DNA from: Euglena gracilis
Taxonomy: Eukaryota
DNA: 64,000 nucleotides
Direction of reading: 5' to 3'
Assembly: GCA_039621445.1 (NCBI GenBank)
Contig: CP154954.1
Coordinates: 6,111,693 to 6,175,692 of the forward strand
Numbering within the stretch: position 1 is the stretch's first letter; each line of letters begins with the position of its first letter. Of this stretch, positions 50,201-61,800 are shown one piece after another. A program made the translations under genes and the position numbers. Below the pieces are notes generated by a model. The model was not told where the DNA came from. It searched no databases and worked only from the letters and a program-made list of their open reading frames with translations.

Positions 50201-52474
50201 TTTTCTGACCCCTTTTGGACTGCGAAGCAAACCCAGCCTCGGGAAAGGGGACGAGGCGGCTCACACTGCAGTGAGTGGCATTGGCCCCTAACTTTGAATA
50301 ATGCAAGTTAGCAACCCCTGGCCTCGACATGCCGACTAGTTTGGGCTAAAAAATTGGGGTCAGAAAAGAAAATAGAAAATACCTGCTAACATAGGGTTGG
50401 CCTGAATTTTGCACAGCGTGATGCAGCAGAGCTGGCTGGGGCACTGCTGCGTGGGGCAGGGCCATGCCAGTGTGCACACACCATCACCACATCCCATGGG
50501 CTGGCAGAGGCTTTGGAGCTGGGGTTGGTTATGACCCACAAAATTCTCAGGTGTCCCACTATTTAGTTTCCCTACTGTAGAATGAAGAAATAATTTCCAG
50601 TTTATTTCCGAAAAAACAATGTGCATGCCTGCGAATGCTTACACACATACAAATAAATTGCCTGCCAGCCTGCCAGCATTCAGAGCAGCACACGCATAAA
50701 AAATGTGAAAGATACATACACTTTGGAAAAATTGGATAATAACCACCATTTTCCCACATGAATCAGGAAAAACCACAGGAAAAAAAATACTTTAACTGTT
50801 AGTCCGTCAGTCAATCATTTAGGCTCTGCTCTATGAAATCTTTCAAAAAAAATGAGTATGGGCCGGAGGAACACATCTGCAGCGCAGCCCTGAACCGCAT
50901 ACCTCACAGATTGATGCTCAAATGGGAGGGTAAGCACCAATTGCGAACCACCCACACCAGGCTCCTTCCCTGGGGGGCGAGGGGCTGGACTCAACACACC
51001 CAAAAAAAGGTCATTTGCAATTATCATACAATGTCGAAATATTGAACAATCAACTGTGCCTTCGCCAAATGGTCAAAGATGATGCTGCTTTATCAGCTTT
51101 TCTTGCGTTGCACAAATTCGATCACCATCGACACCGTGAAAAACATTGTCAAAAAAGGTGTGTCCATCAAATGCAGAGAACGAGCGTGGGTCACACATCC
51201 AGAGAACGAGCACTCAATTCACTGAGCAAAATCTCCGTACCCACACAAGAAACTTAAGTTGGATTGGGGCTGGCTGGCTGGGCTTGTAGCACCCCCCTCC
51301 CGGTGGGTGCTACTGGAGCACGACTGGGTGGAACTTTGGCATGGCGGCAGCAGCCCCCATCCTGCGGGGTGTCTGCAAGCCTCACATATACCAACCACGC
51401 ATTTTCATGGAAAGGTGGAAGCCTGATCCACACAGCCCTCCACCCCACTGACAGGAGAACCAACAGCTCCAGTGCCTGCACTGCGAGGGCGACCGGGTGG
51501 CCCTGCACCACGCCAGAAGCACTGCAGCGGTGGTTGTTGGAGCACAGCAGGCAGCCAGTGTTGTCATACCCACCACGTTTTTGCATTCTTAGGTTTCCAA
51601 GACAGGTGTACACATCCAGCTGCATGGATACGTAATACCATCCAATTCCAACTCCATGGCAAATTTCCCTCAGTGCACCTCCCATTTTCCCCCAACATGA
51701 GCAAATTTAGCCCAAAATGGATCATTTCTCGAAGAAAAAAATGTAATATACTCCAAATTTTTCTGATAGTGAGGGGGTTTACAGGTGGGCGGTGAAATGA
51801 AACCCCCTGGGGGGCTTGCATTTGTGGTTTGTGGATCATTTGTTTATCTAAACACGTAATACGGTCAAAGAGAACCCAATTGGATGAAAATTATGAATTG
51901 AATTGAATGCAGAAGCCATTGTAAATAATCTGCTATTCTCGAGGAACCTTAGAAGACCAAGAAAGCTTTGGTTTACTTCCGGAAGATGTCAGGGTCGCAA
52001 TGAAAAAGAGAAGAGCCACAAAGCAAAAAGAAAAGGGGGCCTTTGAACCCGACGCCCTTTGGCCCATCCCAGGCTTTTAATTGTGGACCTGCCCCCCAGG
52101 AAGTTATCGCCCAAAGCAAGCACACAAACCTCAGTGATAAATACCCGTATGGACTTGGGATGATTTTCCAAAATGGAAAATCATGTGATGGACTCAAAAA
52201 ATGACACCTTCAGCAGGGTAAATGACAGAGGCGGGGGGCAACCTCCCCCGGGGGGAAAAGTGGGGGGGGGGGGGGGGGCTGAGTTGTAGGGCAGCCCCTG
52301 GGTGGGCAGGATGCTGGCGGCGGTCCAGGCCAGCACAGTGCCGAGGGCCACCGCCAGCTTCCGGTAGAACATCCGCTGCCCGAACGCGTCCCACTTCTTG
52401 TCCAGCACCTGCCGCCCCTCCGCGCTGACCACGAGGTCCAGCCGTGGCGCGTGGTGCCCAAGGGCGGCGCCATT
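44264..52474 (-). CDS. TRP (TRPV-like) cation channel: pre-S1, S1-S6, pore and TRP box; 3' end unresolved (possible exons down to ~43870)
   Basis: Exons in order: 52474-52304 RLDLVVSAEGRQVLDKKWDAFGQRMFY + S1; 51508-~51429 S2; ~49845-49765 S3; 49199-49118 AALTGWLHVFFFL; 48788-48731 LGFRSTGPFVIMIKEMLQY; 47574-47457 DVKVFLCV..LLGFTMSLYML; 47053-46951 QFVLLGLVGDF; 44899-44780 YIILVVILLLNLLIAMMGNTYSAVQEQAEKRWYLERANLM; 44537-44497; 44349-44264. The S2-S3 junction was not resolved. Confidence 0.9.
44900..46950 (-). other. Nonconventional intron in TRP S6
   Basis: TC|gagCAGG ... CCTGccgcc|G gives LLVIS-YIILVV in frame. Confidence 0.85.
46111..46807. mobile_element. CAGAGGG...CCCTCTG MITE, 7(-8)-bp TSD
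   Basis: tcctatt on both sides, with subterminal AAAAATGCGC repeats. Confidence 0.8.
47575..48730 (-). other. Nonconventional intron (CTG/CAG reversed variant)
   Basis: TAC|gggCTGGCCTGG ... CCGGGCCAGgcggc|GAC gives EMLQY-DVKVF. Confidence 0.85.
49995..50577. mobile_element. Tc1-family long-TIR (~200 bp) non-autonomous element, TA TSD
   Basis: TA-CAGTAGGGAAAC ... GTTTCCCTACTG-TA. The arms are near-perfect inverted copies, and the terminus matches the Tc1 relic ending at 34694. Confidence 0.92.
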
Positions 52475-54262
52475 CTGCACAGGCCCATCAACGCACTCCC
52501 ACCAGGCACACAACGCCCAGGCACACATGGATAAGGCTAAAAGAATATGCACAATACCCGACACAGAAATATATTCCACATAAAAATTGTCTGGGAGGAT
52601 ATCTCCCCAAAATGAGAAATCACATGCGTGGTTTATCAGCTAGCATCTTTAGTTGGCAAATATGACAACCATTTGGTTTCCAACTTTCAAGATGGAAAAC
52701 AGAACAAAAAGTACTTCCAATTTTTTTTTCGATCTTAAGTTGAAAACTCAAGTTTAGTTTAATGTGCAACAGAAATTGGCATGTAAAATATCTATCAACT
52801 GCGTCATTCATATCCAGTAAAAAATGTGGGATCCTTCCAACCTGACCTCAGAAAATAAATTGGACATAATATCCTGGGGACGTACTCGCCAGCACTGCAA
52901 CTGTGACCGTTTTTGGCATAATTTCCACTTTTTCCCTCAAAAAAGGAGATAATGAACACCTCTCCTTTTCCCTCAGAAAAGGAGAGGTGCAATTGTTCAT
53001 ATAAATACATATGAACAATTACACCGAGCTGTGGCAGGAAATAACGAAAGCGATCTCTGGGTTGAAACTCTCAGTGCCATTTTGAAAAACAGAAAAAATA
53101 GAAAAACTAATTCAATGTGGGTAAACCCTCCCCCCAAAATATAACCCCCCAAAAACAACCCCCCCAAAATATTCCGACATCAGGATCGGAGTTACAACCC
53201 CCCAAAACAACACAAAAGGAGGGGTTTTTGGACTTGTTGCGACCTACACAGACAAGATTTTTGGTTTCGCAGAGACTGGAACGAAATTTTTTTCACGAGG
53301 AAAAAAACATGCTGAATAATATGCTTAAAACTAAAGGAAAATGGCATTTATTCACTCCCCAGGGCACAGGGCTGGAAGAGAACTTTTTACTGCATCCCAA
53401 ATAAAGTCGCAATATTTCTGTGCTATACCACCCAACCCTGGACTTCGAGCAGAAAAATACTGCTCTAGGTGAGATATGGGTGTAGGGTCTTATCCCATGC
53501 ATATAACAAACAACCAGTTTTAACAACATCTGTACGCCAACAGGGGGAGGTCGCTGGCCTCCGACTGGGGGTCTGTCGTCACAGAGGTTTTTTTTTGGTA
53601 CAAAGAAACACTCCTGCGGACTTTCCAAAATGCCGAATAATCCTTCGACCTGGGGGCGGGATATTCGTTGGACATAGGGGAAAACTCCAGAGGAAAATGC
53701 GGATTGAGACCTCTTGAAACCATGCAACGATCAAAAAACTCATCAGGATCCAACAGCAAAGGAAAGACAAAGGCCCCCTGGGGTACCACGGAACCTGCTC
53801 CACTTCTCGAGGTACTCGGTTGTCCACCAGTTTCAGGCAATTTGTGACAAAGCAGGCAGCCAGAGATGGACCGCCGAACAACGTGGGACTTCCAAAGTTC
53901 TTCCAAAGTTCAGAAGTTGTGTACAATTCTCAAGGGTTAAAAGATAACAAAAAGTGTGAACAATTGGGCCCACATATATATACATATATATATGTGTGTG
54001 TATATATGCATATGTATGTACACATATACATACATACATGTGCATATGTAATCATAGGCACAAATATACATATATGTACATATGTATGTACACACATACA
54101 TACACATATATACATTAATATATACAAACATAAATATACATCATACAATCATACATATATACAGATATCCATATGCATACGCATATGTGCATGTATGACT
54201 CCCCCAGCATACACATGCGCGCACACACATATCCGCCAACAGATGTGGGCCGGGGCCTGAGC
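52475..54262 (-). other. Nonconventional/intermediate intron linking the linker exon to the TRP pre-S1 exon
   Basis: GCT|gctCAGGCCC ... GGGCCTGtgcag|AAT. Perfect 7-bp stem, 3+5 geometry, ends in AG, phase 0. Confidence 0.75.
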
Positions 54263-56425
54263 AGCGCCCATCGCCCACTCCGTGCAGGCGCGGCGGTGCG
54301 CGGCGGGCAGCGTGGCGCAGCCCCGCCACGCGTGGGCCGAGCTGCCGGGGGAGACCGCGCCGGCGGGGCGGGGCGGCGGGGTGGGGGAGGGGGGTGGGCA
54401 GGGTTGACGGCTTCTGTTTGAGACTTCCAGAGGGGGGAGAGGCCACCCACCCAACACCGGCGCAGACCCTGCCGGGGGGGGGGAGGTTCTCCCAGGGGGG
54501 CGGGCATCCCCCCAAACAAAACGGGCCGTCTAGGGCATTCCCCCCCACAAAAAATGCGGCGCTGTGCCCGAAACGTACTGGACCAGGGGGGAGGAAAAAA
54601 TGCAACTTGGCCCTTCAAATTATGCAAGTCAAAAAAATGCAAAAAAATGCAAAAAATTGCAAAAAAATGCAACTTGCAAAAAAACCCTGAGAAAACCCTG
54701 AGAAAAGGCTGGAATGTAACAGAGTTGCTGCCAATGATCCATAGACATGTGATAATGCCGGTGTATACCTGTCAATGATTCACAAAGAAGACCTCCTTGA
54801 AGACAACAGCAAGCACTGAGACCCCAAAAAGCCCAGGCAACTGCAGAGGGACCAGAGACAAAACATGACATTGGCGACCAACTGCAAAAAAGTTTTCCAG
54901 GACAAAATATTTTATGCAAAAAATGCAAAAAAAAATGCAAAAAATGCAAAGAAAGTGCAAAAAAATGCAAACATATGGCGACCAACTACAAAAAAAATTT
55001 CCGGGTCAAAATATTTTATGCAAAAAAATGCAAAAAAATGCAAAAAATGCAAATTTCGGAAAAACCTGATTATGCAAAAAAATGCAAATTATGCAAGTTG
55101 CATTTTTTCCCTCCCCCTGACTGGACCCACCCACCCCTCCCCCCTCCTCCCAGGGGGCTTCCGAGTGAAAAGAAACCTGGCTGGGGAGGGGGTTCAATCC
55201 CCACCCGAGGTGGGGAAGATGCAGTAGGAGCCCCCAACCAGGGGTTTTTTTTAAGACCGGGGGGGGGGGGTCCCCCACCCACCCACCTGGGGGGCCCCGG
55301 GTCCCTACAGCGCTGGAATTACACCAGAGTTGCTCACCTGGCCAGGCGGAGCAACAAAAGAGCACCGGTGTAAGGGGTACCTGGCCACTCACCACACAGC
55401 AAGCTGGGCCAGAAGCGAAGTCAGCGCCGGCCATAAACAGACAAGAAGCCTTAGTGCACCTAAGGGGGGGGGGAGGGGTCCAGGGGACCCACAAAAAAAT
55501 GGCCGAAAAATAGCGAAAAGTGCTAAAAATGGCACTTTTTCAAAATGTTTTCGGCGCCGAAAAGTACATCCCCCCCCCCCCCCCCGGGGGACCCCCACCG
55601 GGGGGGCTCGACCGGACCCACCCTCCCCCCCCGGGGGTTCACGACTAAAACTAACCCCTGCCCCCAACCCATCATTCCACCAAACAGGATAAAATATATA
55701 TTTCGGCATATAAAAAAAAATCGGCACAAATTCAAAGACAGTCGGCATTGAAGAAAAAGGGAAAGGGGTGGTGGTGGTGTGTTTTGGGGCGGGAGGGGAT
55801 TCGGACCCACCAGGACAGGGGTGACAACTGCCCCGCGGCAGAATTTTGTGAAGATTCCAACACATGCGACAAATCGTAAATGTACGTGTGTTTTTTGGGG
55901 GGAATAGGTGACGCACAATCCAAAGTGCTTGGAAAGAATGCCCTGCTTTCCCAGACCCCCCCCCGTCCGAAAGGGAGGGTCGTCCACTCCCTGGGGGGGG
56001 GGGGCTGACCGCCTCCCCCACCCCCTGCGCAACGCCACCACTCAATCAGGTTTTGCCCACGGGGGGGGAGGAGGGTGAGGGGTGACGTCGGCCACACCCT
56101 GAAGGTCAGCCTGTCCTGGGCACCCCCGGGCTGGTGCGCAGCGTCCACAGAGGTGGGGGGCCGGCCCCTCCCCGGGCCACCACCTTGGAGAAGCTGACGC
56201 TCACGCCCTTCCCCTTGCCGTGCTTGGGGCTGCGGGACTGCGGAGGGGCCGGGGGGGTCCGCTTCACCGGGTGCAGCGCCGTCCGCAAGCTGGGCCGCCA
56301 GTCTGGCAGACTGGTGGTAGGCGAACACATGAGCCTTCTGTCTTGGAACCTTTCTGCAAAAAAATAGCATATAATGATAATATTAATATTTATTAATATA
56401 ATAAATGTTAATGAATATTAATATT

Positions 56426-56459
<34 letters not shown>

Positions 56460-56514
56460 GTATAATAATAATAATAATAATAATAAAAACAACAACAACA
56501 ACAACAACAACAGC

Positions 56515-56553
<39 letters not shown>

Positions 56554-58853
56554 AATAGTAATAATAATGTAAATAATAATAATAATAATTGCTTACTAAA
56601 AAAATAATTATAAATATATACTATATGAAAAATAAACAACAACAACAAGGATAATGATTTGAAAAAAAGAACATGAATAAATAAATGAAGAAATAAATAA
56701 ACAAATAAACCCGCTGGCATATTAATCAGGCTGGAGAATTTCATGAGGACCCTTGGGGGGGCAGCTGGCTGGGGGAAAAATGCCGGCTGGGTCCTGGGGG
56801 GGGGGGAGGTCCTACCAGCTGCCGGGCTGGACCCGGCTGGTACCCAAAAACAGACAAAAGCACAGCTGGCTTGGATTTCTGGGTGAAAACTACCCCCCCC
56901 TATGTCCAATGACCGGTAACCTCTGTCCTCTGACCGGGGGGGGGGGGTGGTCGTTGGACATGGGGTCAAAAGAAAGTTGGTGGGTACCCGGGTCCCTACC
57001 CACCCAAAAATGCCCAAATTTCCCTTCCGGCGCTTTGCGGCGAAAATTTTGGGCAATTTTGACAAATTTTTGTCCAAAAAGTGTCAAAAATGGCATTTTG
57101 GCCAAATTTTTGGCCAATTTTTGGGCAAAATTTTTCGTCCCGGCGCTTCACGCCGGGACCAAAAATTTGGTCAAACCTCCGAAAAGGTGTCCTCTGACCG
57201 GGGGGGGTGGTCATTGGACATAGGGGGGTCGTTGGACATAGGGGGGGGGGGTACTTACAAGGACATTGAAGCAATGGGCCTGGATTAGCCAGGCTGCGAA
57301 AACGTCATTTCCACTCGATATCCAAGGAATTGTCTGATTCAGGCAAACAAGCAGGAGGTATTTCAGCTCACTGCTTGGGCCAAATTCTCAAACTTGGAAA
57401 TTGGCAAAAGAAAGGCTGAAACCAATGTCTGTCCCATGCCAGAAAAGTGTGGATAAAAAAAAGGCAGCAGCTTGGCCACCTGCTCCTCCTCCGCCACGGA
57501 GCTCTCCTCGAACGACAGGCACGTCTGCAGCGTGCTCTCCGGGCTGTTGGAGCGGCGGCGGGACCCCACGGAGGACTCCCGGCCGACGTTCTCCCGCGAG
57601 GAACGCACCTTTGGGGGCACGCGCTCCGTCCCCAGGGGGCGCTGGGGCAGCAATCAGGCAACTACGGTCACCTCCCATTTCGGTGCCATAGTCGGCCCTG
57701 GTGGGACCTGGTCGGCCCTGGTCGGCAAATAGTCGGCCATGGGTTTGCCAACAAAAACAAGAGAATGAAAAAATGAGCACCCATCACGGATATACAGTGT
57801 CATTTTAAGCGCTTTCGCTCACTTTATTTCATTTACGTTATTATTCATATGTTTTATTATTTATACTTATTGTTTATTTGTGTTGTCTTTACCCACTTTT
57901 GCCCACTTTCATCTGTTTTTGGCCACCTTTAGGCAACTTTTGGTCGTTTTGGCATCTTTGGCCGCTGTTTCAGGTGGGGGTTCCGGCCAGGGCCAACCAG
58001 GGCCGACCAGGGCCAACGAGGGCCGACTTTGCCATTTGTCAGCCGATGCCCACAGGAAATGGTGGTCAAGGTCTTCCCTGGCTTGCGTTGTTTTGGCCAT
58101 CATTGCCGCCGTTACCAATTTCCCCCCAATTTTTGCCCCACTTTTGCCCATTTTTTGCCACTTTTGGCCCGCTTTTGCCTGTTTCTCTGTTTATTTCGAC
58201 ACGTTCAAGCAAAAGGTGACCAAGTCAAAAGAAGGATGTGACCAAAAGGGACCAAAGAGCAGTCAAAAATGACCAGAAGTCACCAAACAATCAACAGAAG
58301 CGGTCTCAAGTGGGCAAAAGTGGCCAAAAAGGAGCAGAAGGAGCCTCAAGTGGGCAAAAATGGCCAAAAAAAAAGGTGAAGAAAACCGTCTGAAGCAGTA
58401 AAAGGTGGCCAAAACTTGGCAAAAGTGGCCAAAGCACTCAAAAGCATCAAAGAGCAGTCAGCAGTCAACAATGTTGGCCAAATGAATCAAAAAAGTCAGC
58501 AAAAGTGGCCAGAAGCAGTCAAAAGCATAAAAGGAACGGCCAAAAGTCGGTGTCCGAAAGCGGTCAATGCATTATGTATGTGCTCTGTGCACGTGTGCTG
58601 TGGTGCGTGTGTGTGAGGCGCCCCTGTGCACTTTCAATAATAATTGTGTAAACGTTGCAACTGTTGCCAAATGAACCAAATGTTGAGCCCAATTGTTGTT
58701 AACAACAATTGGGCTCTGGACAAAATTTCTCAGCCACACAAACCGAGGAGGGTGAGGCACAGATACAACTGAGGCGAGCGTGCAAAAACCTGTCTTTTGT
58801 TGTTTGCCCACAAGCATAAGCTCATACAACGCACGTGCTCTTCAATAATGATG

Positions 58854-58896
<43 letters not shown>

Positions 58897-61800
58897 ATGA
58901 CGACGACCACAATGATACGATACAATGGGGACCCTGAGATCTACATCCCATCTTGCCACCTTGAAGAAACGAGTGCCTTTCAAAATCTTTTCCAGGCAGA
59001 GGCGTGTGCGGCGAGCGGTCCGACGATGGCCGGGCCTTGCTCGCCTTGGCATACTCCTTGGTGGCCGCCTCCGCCTTCTCCATCAGCAGCGCGTTGAACT
59101 TGTTGAGCTCCTTCCCCGCAGTGCTGCAACAGAAACGCGAACCAGCTGCGAGGAAGTTGCAGTGTGAAAGACCGAGAAAAATGTCTTTGAACCGTTTGGC
59201 ACAGACCGTTGCGGTTCCGCAAGGGAGCTCGTTGGAGAAACATCAATCGGCAAAAAAAATGATTGTTTGAATTCCAAAAGATTTTTGAATTTCAAAAAAA
59301 TTGAATTTTTTGAAAGAAAATGAGTTTAACATCCTAAGCAAAGAGAAGTTGGGGATCGGAGGTTGTTTTTTCGAAATGGCGAAATACAATCTAGTGAAAT
59401 GATACAAAAATGTTGCTGTCACGGAAGTGATATTGGCATCAGTTAGCAAGGCCCACAGTGAAAAGAAAATGAAGGAAATGCATGAACGAACGAACGAACG
59501 AATGATTGAATGAATGAATGGATGAAAGAATGAATGAATGAACGAACGAACAAACAAACAAACAAACAAACAAACAAACAAACAAACAAACAAACAAATG
59601 GATGAATGAATGAATGAATGAATGCATAAATAAAACAAAAAAAAACAGAAACAAAAGTGGGCGGGGAAGAGGCTTGTAACCAACCCTCACTTTAATTGCA
59701 TCCATCAGCAATCTGTTATCATCTTCACTTGACCCTGACACTGACTCAAATCCTAAGTCAAACCCCTCAAGTGCACAGTGGGCATATGGGGGCAAGGTGT
59801 CAGTGGCTGAAATAGTTGGGCTGGTTGGAAAGGGCTGACAACCTAGTGGGAGGATCCAAGGTGGACCAGAGCAAGAACGTGGTCGAAACTGATCTAAAAG
59901 AAAACTCAGGATTGAGACCCAAACCATGTGTCTCCGTTTTTTTTTGGAATTTATGAGGAACTAAACCCGACCCCCCACTTATAACCCCCCCCCCCTCGGG
60001 CCCAACCACTAAACCGTGACTTATACCCCCCCCCCTGGGAAGACATGAGAAGGCAAAGAGAACCGCCAAGGCTGTGACCACCCCACTTATAACCTCCCCC
60101 TCGGGGCCAACCACTAAACAGGATCCTATAACCCCCGGGGGGGTTATAAGTGAGGGGGGGGGGTACTTTCTTTTCGCACCTGAGGTACAGGGAAGCCACG
60201 TGAACAAATTGCTTGTGCCATGAAAGTCAGTGCTTCATCAACTTGGAGATCCCATGTTCGTCCCCGGTGAGGTTATGTGCACACCTTCGGATGAGCCGCT
60301 GCATCACTGTCCGCTGTAAGAAGTGCACGTGGCTGTCATATGCCGGAGCTACAGGACTGATCGGGGAGAAAGAAAACTGGGGCACGTGGTGTGCAGTTCC
60401 ATTTCTTGAAACCAGAGTTTCTTGAAGACAGAGACAAAGCGGCGGCTAGCACAGGGCTGGGAAACCGTGCAGAACCCACGGGGAGAGTGCCACCTCCCCC
60501 CCCTCCAGCACGCATGCCGCACGCATGGAAAAGCCATACGGGGACCACAAGGCAAGAGGGGGAAGAAAAGCCCAGCCGCCAAACAGACGGGAATCCACCA
60601 GGGGACAGCAGGCCAAGGGAGGGGGCAAGCAGGAAAGGCCAGGGAAACCCCAGTGGTGAAAGAGGGTCAAAGCAAAAGGAAAAATATGTAATATGTATAC
60701 ATACATAAGTATATATAATATATAAATATACAAAATATATGCAAAAATATATAGAAAAACATATAGAATAACATCCGATCAAAATCCAAATATATATAAC
60801 ATATAATCCAAAACACAAATATCCACCTCCGAACGACCGGGGACGAATCACGAGGTGGGACGGCGCCACTGCTGCGCTGCCTCCCGAGCACTCCTGGCCA
60901 GAGCGACCCCCGCCTTTCCGTTGAGCGGCTCGTTGCCGGCCACGAAGCCCAGCTCCACCCGGAACGACGTGCCGTACGGGGCCCTGGCAGGCCGCGGCAC
61001 GCCTCGCATGCAACAGCGGCGTGCGGTGGAAGGCGGGGCACGTCAGCCGGCCCGGGTGGAGTCTCATTTCCGACGGTCGACTCCATCCCACCTGCCAGGG
61101 TTGGGGCGGTACAGGCCGTCTGTTTACCTGGTGGGATTTTCCACCCTGGCCCGGGAGGTGGGGGCTCAGACCCAAGTTTGATGTAAGGGCAGATGGGACT
61201 TGGACCCCCCCCCTCCCGTTCCTTAAACGGTGGCGTCAGGGTGGCCGATTTTCGGCCCGGCGCAAGGCACAAGCGACAGGTCGAATTTTTTTTGCCGAAA
61301 GTGGCCGGTAATGCCATTTTGGCATTTTGGCGGCATTTTGGCACCTTTTTCCGCAAAAGTTGTTAGATGCTAAAATTTTTCACCCCTCCCCACTTCCAGG
61401 CTTCCCATTCAGCCCTGCCTGGGGTCATCTCAAAGAGTAGTGAGAAGGGACAACCCAGGGAGGAAAAGAAAATTTTGGAACCCCTCTCCAGGGAAGGTGA
61501 TGGGTGACTTGGTTGTGACGAATATTTGGGTTGTTGAAATTGGGAATTGAAAAGAAGGCAACCCAGGTCGAGCACACACAATGCCAAAGCCTGGTCCCCT
61601 GGGGTACAGCTGCTATGCTGGACCACGAGCTTCGTGCCCTCCGGCGTGCGACAGAAGACAAAGAGCTGCCGCTCCAGCACTTGCACCACCCTCTTGGTCG
61701 AGGGCAGCCCAGTCTGGCCGGCAGGAAATAAGGCCAGGTCAGACCGGAAAAAGGAGGGGGGGGGAATGCTATTTTTTTTCACCCCACAGGAATATGAAGA

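Noticed and set aside
50955-51428. Intron with a 7/8 TSD (gtgtggat/gtgtgggt) after TRP S2
   Set aside because: The join runs into a stop within ~16 codons, so the S2-S3 structure is unresolved and I did not count it.
55393-55450. Constitutive transmembrane exon of the second VASt gene
   Set aside because: It lies inside a MITE with a perfect TSD, and the flanking exons join in frame without it.
55732-56370. 212-aa ORF frame (KAHVFAYHQ...) as the coding frame
   Set aside because: It has lower GC3, and the 56281-57477 stem junction enters the alternative GC3-rich frame.
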